Source: a virus. From it: a stretch of DNA of 64,000 nucleotides. The stretch spans positions 8,373-72,372 of the IMG/VR virus record IMGVR_UViG_3300027788_000010; one strand, 5' to 3'. Made by a program: the position numbers and the translations under genes. Positions 42,401-50,895 of this stretch are shown piece by piece. Positions within the stretch are counted from its first letter, which is position 1. Each line of letters begins with the position of its first letter. The notes beneath the pieces are model-generated. The model had not been told where the DNA came from and made no database searches. It was given only the letters and a program-made list of their open reading frames with translations.

Positions 42401-42611
42401 CAGAAGCTCCCCTTGCGGAAATGAGTTTTGACCTAGGTATTACTTTGGCTGTTAGGTTTACGTACATCACCAAATCTTCCTGTCTAACAAGTCTATCTTT
42501 AATAACTGTACCGTCAACACTCACAACCTTATTAGGGTCAATCAACACTACGTTACCACCTACTTGTTTACTATATACATTTTCACTACCACTTACAATG
42601 TTATCTGCCAT
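36402..42611 (-). CDS. Baseplate hub-like protein (gp27/gpD-like ends) fused to C-terminal M23 peptidase
   Basis: 2069 aa; FGIRSIEINISSSFVPEVNIDFVD near the N-term; SYQCKVTCFGNALIQP...GPYLIMDVNHSI...TTTFTGVR; M23 motifs HKGVD, GGYGNHV, AH, MGNTGNSSGTHLHYEI. Confidence 0.8.
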   Translation of the reverse strand: MADNIVSGSENVYSKQVGGNVVLIDPNKVVSVDGTVIKDRLVRQEDLVMYVNLTAKVIPRSKLISARGASDASVTVSLHDGEINFLKPQNKSSLDSDWTEAFTDTNVNKIKRKQDVSDKGQTFTSKSIDSRNDFQGFGIRSIEINISSSFVPEVNIDFVDIRGKTLFEQAEANTPYTAFFHLPYPVFELTIKGYYGKAVKYQLALTNFTTSFDSSTGDFKMRGTFIGNHIALLNDINVQQAMLAPYMYPNLSSGVDGELGESLGRKTLNEVYNIYKLKKLIPQDFPHLTINELIEKVDKFTDRLGEKLNKVDLQFTNDQKLYSGKLKDLYNSIFGQDGWVSTFITKDESEYIPLDITISSNNQNINEKSKKAVAMKLKAVDDEYIKNAESKLEYLLEGYKKVLNENRTFGKLGGKGAITSIDNFTVYNQRAKNNQANNLDQIPAKGYYVLDVTPKSFGGTYTRVFEEFDKNFKDIQTSVTEKLNKTFIEVLEFYPSMRNLSAVLISGVDTYLRLMDNVHTKAFDQRFSEKRIESVTGPTKAGFQDTPSRFENQCFPWPQYYESNDETGELVLTYPGASGSLSKTEAYNPLLWPEIQFIEEYTKVANFKEADKVFPTINEATYLGSIPISVREYPFNDKVYDNNKTKNDILWEIVDRAEDFVNYVGVSGYKSLASGEKSMTDTVLEASKNDSKNLTKILESDFKMSEFFSGNNLKWDSLFRELKKDSPERYENWENNVINTLYIRNKNLQNTSIPGTNYGLYATSTIFNTNVDNGEYLKYVDLYRKGKKTEDGDFDFYPFNFRNINQLKVKLADSITITGQKFYDIDKLTIPSASRVYGTTNHNYFFTNWNWKSEIENIDLYNQVINELSVVKSFTTKDNWSAYYDTKQDILNQSLTEGINNLSESLSRQSVSMLNTPWFANAIYRGGQNVNAGNTTGAYSDAAYLYLNSLPITSTLEKTIIGFSGKHQYGGYVAQLIKQLASYHELPYSFILKIGSLWWNYKNETPEEFSVFGGLGSGDGGTMGNDGDIRCNEWYVDPAYSNGYGWFDYSDNGNVLPGLDINQQTLGLWPRLISMTHNIITGSNILPTVGTWVPVQDLQTNFLGGYIMEIVKEEIPKVEVDGVEYSFYTTYADSNNIPSGFGVQELDPATNPYYILYPSSGGLVNSDLEYIGDNITTAAFDGSARFLWAGAGFGSFDVKSGTNYGAIYGRVPWSNYFKRVNNAKVEQDAWSINLTTTTSSNYESFNELLSIFPTQVLEKFEDEFIKFSTTKNPNASIVDGQYTSFIEIFKKIMVVPKEYVTEITGNITHTTQDIANAQLSQFLNINDVFLNQTIIYKHGSVNGFDIITRLDGQGGGTPTNQLIGLLLDKGKIKESYNLPKYIATDWPVGYLDVQFQMEIGEVVMTKEEFGTPTQFQNVCNLCFQFFVNFDISPITVFSFAQILKYYVTTCANLVTPTSKQDFVVILKNLQDTNFDVERNVYINNFLKEVSKIDPLGKLRGEVDEDPERPKIDGDNLKLELYQSFKTFNDKWIAGTEVQGSDLKKPTSTSNGGVPYYNTIFERFLFLDRRNMDIGNEAVGDIYVFKGLALASESPGSVSVNQNISAFMSNMCRTNFFNWIPLPSYINFYNIEGNETAKQGNAMFGAFKEVDTTDSSPVYLCQYVGPPSTNLDIKTPTYGFNNDSFILDRVSPNPLINNKPPTDPESLNLENKVMAFAVDFGIPNQQIFQDISLDQTEFPNTSESFIIIEDMGKLASGSKVATNSLNLFNLYKSRSYQCKVTCFGNALIQPTTYFQLRYIPMFSGPYLIMDVNHSISNGEMTTTFTGVRVGIPSLPKVTDLLSGIQETLLKNLKESETEDVGNVTDGLDSFDLVGNSITQLNDEEDIIKINILGIEVKDPVNLSKIVKPSGAQIFEAKRKGRLHKGVDYSPKQEFKGEEIAITSPVTGILSKKYGGCKVGTGKACGGGYGNHVYITRTLIKQTDTSSWVKDAVSKYEFVLAHFKDKSFIANNVGTAITKGQFLGNMGNTGNSSGTHLHYEIRRYVIDENLSEKMEYLNPDKFDSDYITEIG

Positions 42612-42918
42612 AATATAATAAATGTTTATCTAATTCGCTCTTATAATCTAGTAAACTAACATTTAAAGGGAATGGTACTCTAATAATAGTCCCATCTAAT
42701 ATATTCCATTCCACACCACCATAAGATGGGTTTGCTTGTAAAATTAACCAACCAAAATAAGGATTTTCGTACATTTGTTGTGAGATTTTATCCAACCTAC
42801 TTCTCCCAACTTTATACACCACGAATCTATCACTAGTCTTTTCTGGTATTTTTATTAATGGTACGGGTTTATTCACCCCGTTAACCACAAAATCTTTGTA
42901 TCTATTATAATATGACAT
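42601..42918 (-). CDS. Baseplate wedge protein (gp53/LysM/tail-X-like)
   Basis: SRLDKISQQMYENPYFGWLILQANP...GTIIRVP. Confidence 0.8.
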   Translation of the reverse strand: MSYYNRYKDFVVNGVNKPVPLIKIPEKTSDRFVVYKVGRSRLDKISQQMYENPYFGWLILQANPSYGGVEWNILDGTIIRVPFPLNVSLLDYKSELDKHLLYYGR

Positions 42919-42919
42919 T

Positions 42920-44011
42920 TTATGATATTGTTATGTTATTAATTACTTTGTTATTATAACCTTTATTGTTGGTTCCAACTATGGTTGTTTTAAAAAACTC
43001 TCTAACCAATAATAACTCACTATAATTTTCTGTAAAGACAACTTCAAGGTTATCTGTTGTTGGTTGTCTACCAATTAAGGTTTTTAATTTTTGTGGTATT
43101 TCGTTTTTACTAAAGTAAATTTCATACTGTTTGGTGTCATAATCTAAAAGTGTTATAGCAAATTTTAATATGTTTTTTCTATACTCACCTACAATTTTTT
43201 TGTCCACACCCTTTTTGTACTTGGTTTTTACTTTTGTCAAATCATTAATTAATTTGTTGTTCCTATAACGTATTAGCTTCTCCGCGTATCCGTATCTAGT
43301 ATGTGATGACATATAATTTTTAATACTAATATCAGATAATTCACTAATAAAAAAAAGATATTCATTATTGTACACTATATTACTTTCATAATTATTTTTT
43401 ACACTCCCAAACATGGTTGAACAGAATTTTTCAAAATCATTACTGGTGTTACTAACTTTGTTCCTTAATGTTTGTATGGTGGCACCACTAGTTAGTGTGT
43501 AATTTACTAAACCATTTGCTGACGAACCCGTTAAATATCCACCCACCAAACCAGCTGATAAGTTTAATTTGTCTACCGACTTAGTCATTAATATTTGTGA
43601 GTCTCTTAATTCAATTAAGAATTTAGTAACTAACTGTCTAATACTCAACCAAGAATCTTTAGAGTGTTTTAACAATACTTGTTTTATATATTCTCTATCA
43701 TACACACTACTAGTTATTGGTAGTTGTGTTTGTAGGTTGGTTGTCTCTGTTGTTATCGAGTTTACTAATTCAGTATATCTATTATCTAACCTTTTTAACC
43801 CATTATTTGGGTAACCGACGATATTCATACTTGTATCCATTATATTACCCCACTCATAACCAACATCTTCAAAAATTTCTTCAAGAACACCATGACCTTT
43901 CTGTGTGTATAAATCTATAAAAGTTGTATTGGTGAGTGTGCTGTAATCTTTTACATTTTTTAAGAATGTATTATATAAAACTTTATAATTTACTGTACCT
44001 GTTAAACTCAT
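42920..44011 (-). CDS. Hypothetical helical protein in the tail/baseplate operon
   Basis: 363 aa ORF between the tube-initiator-like and gp53-like genes; no recognisable motif. Confidence 0.55.
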   Translation of the reverse strand: MSLTGTVNYKVLYNTFLKNVKDYSTLTNTTFIDLYTQKGHGVLEEIFEDVGYEWGNIMDTSMNIVGYPNNGLKRLDNRYTELVNSITTETTNLQTQLPITSSVYDREYIKQVLLKHSKDSWLSIRQLVTKFLIELRDSQILMTKSVDKLNLSAGLVGGYLTGSSANGLVNYTLTSGATIQTLRNKVSNTSNDFEKFCSTMFGSVKNNYESNIVYNNEYLFFISELSDISIKNYMSSHTRYGYAEKLIRYRNNKLINDLTKVKTKYKKGVDKKIVGEYRKNILKFAITLLDYDTKQYEIYFSKNEIPQKLKTLIGRQPTTDNLEVVFTENYSELLLVREFFKTTIVGTNNKGYNNKVINNITIS

Positions 44012-44021
44012 ATTTAATTTT

Positions 44022-46958
44022 TTATTTACCCATAAAACCAGTTTCCCCTTCTGGTGTTATAGTACTTCCTTCTGGTTTTTTAAAGACGTTTGATAGGTTA
44101 TTTGCGAAGTCACTTATTGATTCATTTAGTGTTTTCGGTATCGTTTCCTCTGCCGGTGTAGCTCTTTCGTCGTATAGTTCTGTATTCGCAAAATAACTAA
44201 ACGATAAAGCGTTTTGTAATTCACTAACTGGCCCGGATAAACCTTGGCCACCAATAAACTTTAGGTTTGTTGATACATCTACAATCATTGGTTGCACACC
44301 AATACCTTCAGGGTTTAAATCAAATACTAATGGTTCGTAACTAAAACTTACAGAATCTATAGCTACTTTAGTGTGGTAAAAATCACCAATTCGTAATACA
44401 CACACAGGTGGTGGTCCAAAAGCTGTGTTATCAGCGTCGATAACGGTCGTACCTTGTTCTGTTACTGTCGGTATGGTTTTCCCAGGTCTAACACATTGTA
44501 ATAAAAAAGTAAGTCTGGCGTTTAAACCTTCCGGTGTCATGGAATGAAAAGCTGGGTGAAAGAATTTTAAATTATCTCTTAGTGATTGGTATATAAATGG
44601 GTACTGTTCTTTTATAAAATTAAAGTAATTCATTTCTCCCATCATTTTTCTAATTACCTTGGTTAACGTAGATTTCTTATCGACCCCACCAATAATAAAC
44701 CCAGCCCCTATAGTCCCTTGTGTTGGGTTGGTTACGTTAATTTGACCGCTTTCGGAGTCTATTTCTTGTTGTTTCTCTATTTCGGAAACTATATCACTAT
44801 CCATAAACCCACCCAAGTCTTTTTGCCCACCAGAATTTTCGATAACGGTTTGCTGTGTATTAGAATTCATTTCTTGTGTTACCTCTTTTGATTGTCCAGC
44901 TAGTGAAATTTGTATATTCATTAGTTCGTCTAGACTAAAGTTTGGGTACTCTTCGGCTAACTTATATATATCGTAGTCTCTACAACCAGCAAAAAAACTT
45001 TCTACAATTGCGTCAGCTTCATTATCTGGTATATTTTTAATTTGCCTATCTATTATGGTATTTAATATCGATGGGTGGTCAACCACAATTTTAAACGATA
45101 ACGTACCAATCCTTTCTGTATGACTATAAGTGTATATTGGTTCTGGTCTACCCAAGAAATGATTTGGTGACCAACTTGCTGAATTTGTATCACCAAAACT
45201 TAAATCATAAGGTGGGAACCACATTATCCTACCACCATTTGGGCCTTTTTCTGAGGCTGGTAAATTACTTTGTTCTCCAGTACCTCGCCAAGCTAAATTT
45301 TCTATAGAAAACATATATTTTTTAACTTTAGTTCCGGTAGGCATAGTAGTCGACTTACCTTTTTCTGGGTTAGTTGGTGCTATATTTAGGTTAAATGTGG
45401 AGTCTAGTACTGAATCGGAGTTATTCCATTGGTTTCCCTTTGTCTTAACCAAGTTACTAAAGTTAGAATATGTATCGTCTTTTGTCCAACTTCTACAATA
45501 CTCAACACAATTCCACGTTACCTCCCCTGGCGTGAAATTTATAACTCTAGAACCTTTAGATAAATTTTTATACCCATCATTAAATACTTTAGATACCTGG
45601 TCTATAGCATTACCAGCGTGTTTCCATTTCGCTCCACCATATGCTGGAGCTGAATCAACAATTTTTTGTGTATAATCTAATAACGAACCTTTCTTTTTAG
45701 GTTTAAAATCAGACCTAGTAGAAGCAAATAACATAGATTGGTTTCCAGATGCTATAGAATTTTTACCAAACCAGGTAAAACCACCCTCTAAACTCCCACC
45801 ATCTGTTGTTGCGACACCCAAAGGTCCGAAATTATAATACCTCCATAAAGCTCTACCGTCAACATTGGCGAATTCTTTATAAACTTCAGAAGGACCATAG
45901 ACTAAAGCTTGTATTTGTTTACCAAAAACGTCTTTTGGTGTGGCGTCAATAGGTGATTGTATAAGACCTGGGTCTGTATTTTTACTACCAACATAATAAT
46001 TAGATAGTGGTTTTTCTACCGAAGAATCTACTTTTACTTCTGAGTAGTCAGGCCTAAACACATTATAATTTAAATTACTGAATAATAGTGATTGTTGGTC
46101 TTTCCCCATATACTCGATAAACTTATCAGATGGTGATGATATGTTTAATGGTGCATTTGGTAACCCACTAGTGTCTGGTTTACTCTGACTACTTGGTGTT
46201 ACTTGTGATATGTTATTCGCCCCTTGACCAGCAATACTATTAATGTTGGGTGGTGATGATGGTGTTGTGTAGTATCCTGGTATTGTTGAGTCTGGTGAAA
46301 AATTACCGCTTAACCTAGTTAGATAATCTGATTTTTCAGGAATCAACATACCGGGTTTAGTGGTTACATTAAGTTTCGCACTACCTTTTTCACTAACATT
46401 AAAATCAAACTGAGCTATATTAAACCCTAAATTATCTTTTAGGTATGGTAATGAAGAGTTAATTAATATAGAATCATCTAAAATTTCAGAATTTATTATA
46501 ACTTTTTGACCGTTAGTACTACGTATCGAGTTTAAAACTTCTATAGCTGTGTAGTTTGATGTTATAAATCCTTGTGGTTGTACGGTATTTGGGCTTATGT
46601 ATTGTAGTTGTGCTTCTTTTACTAAATTAACAACATTGACCGATAGTGGGTTGCCGTAACCACCGTCTGGTCCGTATTTATTTACTAAAAATTGTGTTTT
46701 TTTAAATTCTATTCCGTTAATGTCGGTACCTTCTTCGGGTGATTTGGAGGCTTTAACCGAAAATACCTGTGGGTTCTCCACCACAACACTACCAGGTTTT
46801 TGACCACCATCAGGTATTTGACTCCCCCTATTTAAATAAGAACCGTCTAAATTTTTATTTAAAAGAGCTTCCCTAATCAATCTAGTACTTTCAATTCCTA
46901 TCTTAAAATCACCTAAAGCATATGGGTACGATATTTGTGAATTTTTGCCTACTGACAT
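44022..46958 (-). CDS. Putative baseplate/tail-tube initiator (gp48/gp54-like C-terminal region)
   Basis: 978 aa; SASWSPNHFLGRPEPIYTYSHTERIGTLSFKIVVD and PPVCVLRIGDFYHTKVAIDSVSFSY resemble the tube-like fold; follows the tape measure gene. Confidence 0.6.
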   Translation of the reverse strand: MSVGKNSQISYPYALGDFKIGIESTRLIREALLNKNLDGSYLNRGSQIPDGGQKPGSVVVENPQVFSVKASKSPEEGTDINGIEFKKTQFLVNKYGPDGGYGNPLSVNVVNLVKEAQLQYISPNTVQPQGFITSNYTAIEVLNSIRSTNGQKVIINSEILDDSILINSSLPYLKDNLGFNIAQFDFNVSEKGSAKLNVTTKPGMLIPEKSDYLTRLSGNFSPDSTIPGYYTTPSSPPNINSIAGQGANNISQVTPSSQSKPDTSGLPNAPLNISSPSDKFIEYMGKDQQSLLFSNLNYNVFRPDYSEVKVDSSVEKPLSNYYVGSKNTDPGLIQSPIDATPKDVFGKQIQALVYGPSEVYKEFANVDGRALWRYYNFGPLGVATTDGGSLEGGFTWFGKNSIASGNQSMLFASTRSDFKPKKKGSLLDYTQKIVDSAPAYGGAKWKHAGNAIDQVSKVFNDGYKNLSKGSRVINFTPGEVTWNCVEYCRSWTKDDTYSNFSNLVKTKGNQWNNSDSVLDSTFNLNIAPTNPEKGKSTTMPTGTKVKKYMFSIENLAWRGTGEQSNLPASEKGPNGGRIMWFPPYDLSFGDTNSASWSPNHFLGRPEPIYTYSHTERIGTLSFKIVVDHPSILNTIIDRQIKNIPDNEADAIVESFFAGCRDYDIYKLAEEYPNFSLDELMNIQISLAGQSKEVTQEMNSNTQQTVIENSGGQKDLGGFMDSDIVSEIEKQQEIDSESGQINVTNPTQGTIGAGFIIGGVDKKSTLTKVIRKMMGEMNYFNFIKEQYPFIYQSLRDNLKFFHPAFHSMTPEGLNARLTFLLQCVRPGKTIPTVTEQGTTVIDADNTAFGPPPVCVLRIGDFYHTKVAIDSVSFSYEPLVFDLNPEGIGVQPMIVDVSTNLKFIGGQGLSGPVSELQNALSFSYFANTELYDERATPAEETIPKTLNESISDFANNLSNVFKKPEGSTITPEGETGFMGK

Positions 46959-47013
46959 AAGTTTATTATTTTATTATAAATAGATTGTCGTTAAGTTTTT
47001 AACTTAATAACAC

Positions 47014-49221
47014 CTAAACACCAGGCTGTTTATTGCCTGGGTTATTTTGTATTGAAATAGCACTAGACAATTCTCTAATTAAAAATGGGGTTAGTGCTGA
47101 ATGAATTTGTTTATCGGTTAACTTAATACTATTACCATCATACAATATTTCTAGTGGTGAAAATGTGATATTAATATTATTCCCGTTGGCGGTTGGGGTG
47201 TTACCTCCGTAGGTCTTGTTATTACTGTTATTATAGTTATTTACAATTTGTTGACCTTCTGGGGAGTTTAAATAAGCGTCAATATCACTAGCGTTTAATG
47301 GTCCTCCACTTGGTGACTCAACTGGTGGGACATAACCAACTGGAGAGTCACCCGTATACCCACCTTTCGCAGACACATAAGCCTCACTTAGGCCCGTACC
47401 TTTTGCTCCATACTCTAAAGCTGAACCAAACCCAGTTGTTGTGGTACTGAGTAATTCCTTCATTGATAGGGATTTTTGGTCACCGTCACTAAACATTTTA
47501 CCAACATCCCCAGCTATTAGTTTATCACCAAAATCTGAATTCGCTAACGCAGCAGCAAAATCCTGGGCTGAAGTACCTAACTCACCACTAGCGGCCATTG
47601 AGGTTAAAAAAGTTTGTATCACAGATACATTCGCCGCCATACCCTCTTGGACTGTAAGTTGAGCTTTATTAACCTCATCTAAATCCATACCCTCTTTTTT
47701 TGATTGTTTTTGTAGGGTTTCCAATAAAGTACTATCTTCTGCCATAGCATCAGCAAGTTGGTCAAAACCTATTTCTTGGTCACCCATTTTAAGTAAAAAC
47801 TCACCATCTGGATTAATGTCAGCCATTGAAGCTATCAACTCTTTGTCTTGTTTACTTAACTCTGGAATCCCACCTAATTTCCCAATAGCCTGAGTTCTTT
47901 TAGCTGCTTTAATCGCTGTTTCCGCTAAATTATCATAATCTTGTCCGGTCGCTTCAGCTATAGCTTTTAACCTTAATCTTTCTGCTGGTGTTATACCAAA
48001 GTCACCAGTAGCTTCGTTAAATGAAACCGCACTTTCTGCTGTTTTTACAAGTGAGTCTTTTAAAGCGTCAACATCATTTTGAGCCATATACATTAACTGG
48101 AATGGGTCTAGTAATTCACTAGCCGCACCACCAATCATTTGTAATTTAGACGCCATTTCAATTGCCCCTTCTGGTGTGAATGCTTTATCCGAAGCCTGGT
48201 ACACATTATTCATTTTATACCCTAGGATTTGTGCTTCTGCTACCATTTCTGTTAAACCATCAACACCATTCTTAAAACCATAAGTGTTAATTTTTTCTAT
48301 CTGACTTTGGACTGATGGTAGAAATTTAGATACTACAGCTCCATATCTTCCCGCGGTTGCTATGGCTTTATTTGTTGTTTCTGTAGCTTCTATCGACCCA
48401 ACACCAATTTTATCAAACTCAGCTAACATCTTACCCATGTCCATACCGTATAACTTTTCCAACTTAGTTGCTTGGACTAGGGCCTCATCAGGTAATATAA
48501 AAGCTCTACCCGTTTCTAGTGCTGTACTTTTTAAAACTTGGAAAGCGTCATTTACTGTTATAGCGAAACCTTTAAAGTCTCTACTTGCAATAGTAACACC
48601 TTGTATCACACCATCCATCAATTCCGGGTCTAAACCTATACTACTAGTTAAATCTTTTTTAAACTGGTCTGTTAGTGATAGTATATCCAAATAAACACTT
48701 TGTATTGCCGCTGTTCTACCCCCTTCACCACCACCAGCACCCCCAGTCATAACCGAAATCATCCCTAACGTTTCGTTAAGTGTTAAGTCAGCTTGACTTC
48801 TTTGTCTATCTAATTCAGAAGTTATGTTTTTTAATTTACTTCTAATCGCTTTTGAGTTACCTGAATCGTACTTACTTCTGGTGGTACTAGTGTTTGTATA
48901 ATTTTGGTCTTGTAGGGCGTCTTTGAAACTGGCGTCCGTAACATTTATCACCTCACCAGCGTTGGGCCCATCCGCGACCACCAATTCAACAACAAATGAT
49001 GGTATCGGACGACCAACCCCTAGTTTTTTTGCTAATTTAGTGGAGATTGGGTTACCACCCTTACCCAATTTATTTATGGAATTGATTCTAGATTGTCTAG
49101 TTGGTTCGTCGTACGTGTTAAATATACCTAACGGTACACCCAACTCTGGATGGGAAGCTAAATACGGAATACCTTTAGATAAGGAACCCTCAATTGATAG
49201 TTGTATTGATACGTTAATCAT
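47014..49221 (-). CDS. Tape measure protein
   Basis: 735 aa Ala/Gly-rich helical protein (PEGAIEMASKLQMIGG, RLKAIAEATG); canonical position after tube and chaperone. Confidence 0.75.
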   Translation of the reverse strand: MINVSIQLSIEGSLSKGIPYLASHPELGVPLGIFNTYDEPTRQSRINSINKLGKGGNPISTKLAKKLGVGRPIPSFVVELVVADGPNAGEVINVTDASFKDALQDQNYTNTSTTRSKYDSGNSKAIRSKLKNITSELDRQRSQADLTLNETLGMISVMTGGAGGGEGGRTAAIQSVYLDILSLTDQFKKDLTSSIGLDPELMDGVIQGVTIASRDFKGFAITVNDAFQVLKSTALETGRAFILPDEALVQATKLEKLYGMDMGKMLAEFDKIGVGSIEATETTNKAIATAGRYGAVVSKFLPSVQSQIEKINTYGFKNGVDGLTEMVAEAQILGYKMNNVYQASDKAFTPEGAIEMASKLQMIGGAASELLDPFQLMYMAQNDVDALKDSLVKTAESAVSFNEATGDFGITPAERLRLKAIAEATGQDYDNLAETAIKAAKRTQAIGKLGGIPELSKQDKELIASMADINPDGEFLLKMGDQEIGFDQLADAMAEDSTLLETLQKQSKKEGMDLDEVNKAQLTVQEGMAANVSVIQTFLTSMAASGELGTSAQDFAAALANSDFGDKLIAGDVGKMFSDGDQKSLSMKELLSTTTTGFGSALEYGAKGTGLSEAYVSAKGGYTGDSPVGYVPPVESPSGGPLNASDIDAYLNSPEGQQIVNNYNNSNNKTYGGNTPTANGNNINITFSPLEILYDGNSIKLTDKQIHSALTPFLIRELSSAISIQNNPGNKQPGV

Positions 49222-49235
49222 AGAATTGTTTAACT

Positions 49236-49242
49236 ATAAATA
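49236..49242 (-). promoter_or_regulatory. TATTTAT putative late-promoter element (representative copy, upstream of tape measure)
   Basis: Same 7-mer on the coding strand upstream of starts at 1250, 25294, 27703, 27939, 31422, 36364, 46976, 50868, 51762, 57321, 59184 (minus) and 60976 (plus). Confidence 0.65.
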
Positions 49243-49244
49243 TT

Positions 49245-49445
49245 TTATCTTTTGTTTTTGTTCTGTGCTTGTTCAATTGCCTCATTTCTCTTCTCTATTT
49301 CCTCCGAAAATTTATTAAGATAGAATCTTCTTTCGAAGACAGGCATGTTAAGAATGTCTTTTCTGGTGAAACTGAAGTTTTTACTTAGGTAGTAAATCTC
49401 TTCCAGCAGCGCATACCTATAGCCCGAAGAAAGGGCGAAAAAAGT
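49245..49445 (-). CDS. Unannotated +1-frame ORF, probable frameshift extension of the tail assembly chaperone (gp51/gpT-like)
   Basis: Open frame TFFALSSGYRYALLEEIYYLSKNFSFTRKDILNMPVFERRFYLNKFSEEIEKRNEAIEQAQNKNKR*; overlaps the upstream gene end and has no ATG before the internal MPxxER motif. Confidence 0.75.
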   Translation of the reverse strand, partial: TFFALSSGYRYALLEEIYYLSKNFSFTRKDILNMPVFERRFYLNKFSEEIEKRNEAIEQAQNKNKR

Positions 49446-50169
49446 TTAAACCAAAATTAAGTGTGAATTTAACTTCTTTACCAGAAGGAGCTGTTGTGGT
49501 TCTAGTAACATCTAAACCTGGTTGTACTTGTGATAAGAATTTTTTAACAGCTTGAGCGTCTTTTAATGGTAGTGTGTGTATTGTTGCTGATAGTGTCATT
49601 GGGTCTACTTCCCCATCTATATCAATTATACTTTTTTCTAGTCGTTTTGTAGCCATGGGTTTAACCTTCATATCCCCGTAACTTTTTTCTAAGTCATCCA
49701 AATCTAACTGGTCTTTTGGTGTTATAAGTCTTAGTTTAACTTTTTTATTTGACATAGGTAATGTAAAATTAAATTGGCCCTTCTCGTTGGGTTCGAACTT
49801 AACTTCTTTGGTTCTTACGATTGATAGGTCTTCTATGTGGTCAAACTGTTTATTAGTGTCTGGGTCTGTAAGTGTAAATTTATACTCCGAACCAAAAGCG
49901 GTATTACGTAAGAAAATAAAGATAGCCTGTTTATCACATTCAGCTAATTGTTTAACATCAATATCTTTGTCTTGTATTTTATTTTGCAATAAAACATCCA
50001 TTAGTTCACCAGATTGTGATAAATTTGTGGATGATAGTATGTTTTCGTCTGATGCTGTTAAATAAGAAACTTTTAAACTTTTTTTATTATAAAAAATACC
50101 ATTAGATGGTAATGTAACAACATCATACGCTATTGTTGGTTCTATTTGTGAATTATTGTAATTTTCCAT
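49417..50169 (-). CDS. Tail/baseplate assembly chaperone (T4 gp26-like)
   Basis: VTLPSNGIFY...VSYLTASDENIL...DKQAIFIFLRNTAFGSEY; lies between tube and tape measure; ends FFRPFFGL*. Confidence 0.8.
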   Translation of the reverse strand: MENYNNSQIEPTIAYDVVTLPSNGIFYNKKSLKVSYLTASDENILSSTNLSQSGELMDVLLQNKIQDKDIDVKQLAECDKQAIFIFLRNTAFGSEYKFTLTDPDTNKQFDHIEDLSIVRTKEVKFEPNEKGQFNFTLPMSNKKVKLRLITPKDQLDLDDLEKSYGDMKVKPMATKRLEKSIIDIDGEVDPMTLSATIHTLPLKDAQAVKKFLSQVQPGLDVTRTTTAPSGKEVKFTLNFGLNFFRPFFGL

Positions 50170-50255
50170 TTGATATATGCTTTATGCTTTATTTTAGTAA
50201 AAAATACCTATATAACCATATATAGTAAATAGGTTTCGTCGGTAACTATTAGAAT

Positions 50256-50281
50256 AAAAAAAAGCCTTACTCGGTAAGGCT
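50256..50281 (-). terminator. Rho-independent terminator after tail tube gene
   Basis: Minus strand AGCCTTAC-CGA-GTAAGGCT followed by a T run. Confidence 0.85.
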
Positions 50282-50309
50282 ATTAATTAGTATGTTATAA
50301 TAAGTTATA

Positions 50310-50798
50310 TTAGTAAACTAATATACATCTATCAGGTCTTAGAGTCGCCGCTATATTAGCCAGACCTTCATCACTATAACCCAAATCGTTAAAATTAACG
50401 TCAGTTAAAAAACAACCTTGTAAAACCCACTTTTCAACAACTACACCTGTTGGGTCCAACATTTCCAAATCAATATTTTTTTTATACCCAGCAGCGTAAC
50501 CCATTCTACCGGTTACTGACTCAGCGTGTAATCTAACCCACTCCATAAGTGCTTGTGAAGCTGATGGCCCAATTGGGTCTCTAAAAGTTACGTTGATTGT
50601 ACCCCACGTAAACCTACCAGCTACATATGTGGATGTATTTAAAAATGGTATTTCTACAGCCCCTATGGTAACTTGTGGTCTTGATGTACTTTCTACGTAC
50701 CATTCGTTAATACCTAAAGACGAATCAAATCTCATTATAAACCTATTCTTTTTCTTTGGTTCATACGGTACGGGCATTTTCATTAATAAATCGGCCAT
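50310..50798 (-). CDS. Tail tube protein (T4 gp19-like)
   Basis: YEPKKKNRF...YVAGRFTWGTINVTFRD...YKKNIDLEMLDPTGVVVEKWVLQGCF. Confidence 0.9.
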   Translation of the reverse strand: MADLLMKMPVPYEPKKKNRFIMRFDSSLGINEWYVESTSRPQVTIGAVEIPFLNTSTYVAGRFTWGTINVTFRDPIGPSASQALMEWVRLHAESVTGRMGYAAGYKKNIDLEMLDPTGVVVEKWVLQGCFLTDVNFNDLGYSDEGLANIAATLRPDRCILVY

Positions 50799-50895
50799 GT
50801 TGTTTTAATTTTTAATTTTTTTATTTATAATAACCATTATACGGTTTATTGTTTAATAGTTATAACTATAAATATACCGTTACAGCAAAATAACG

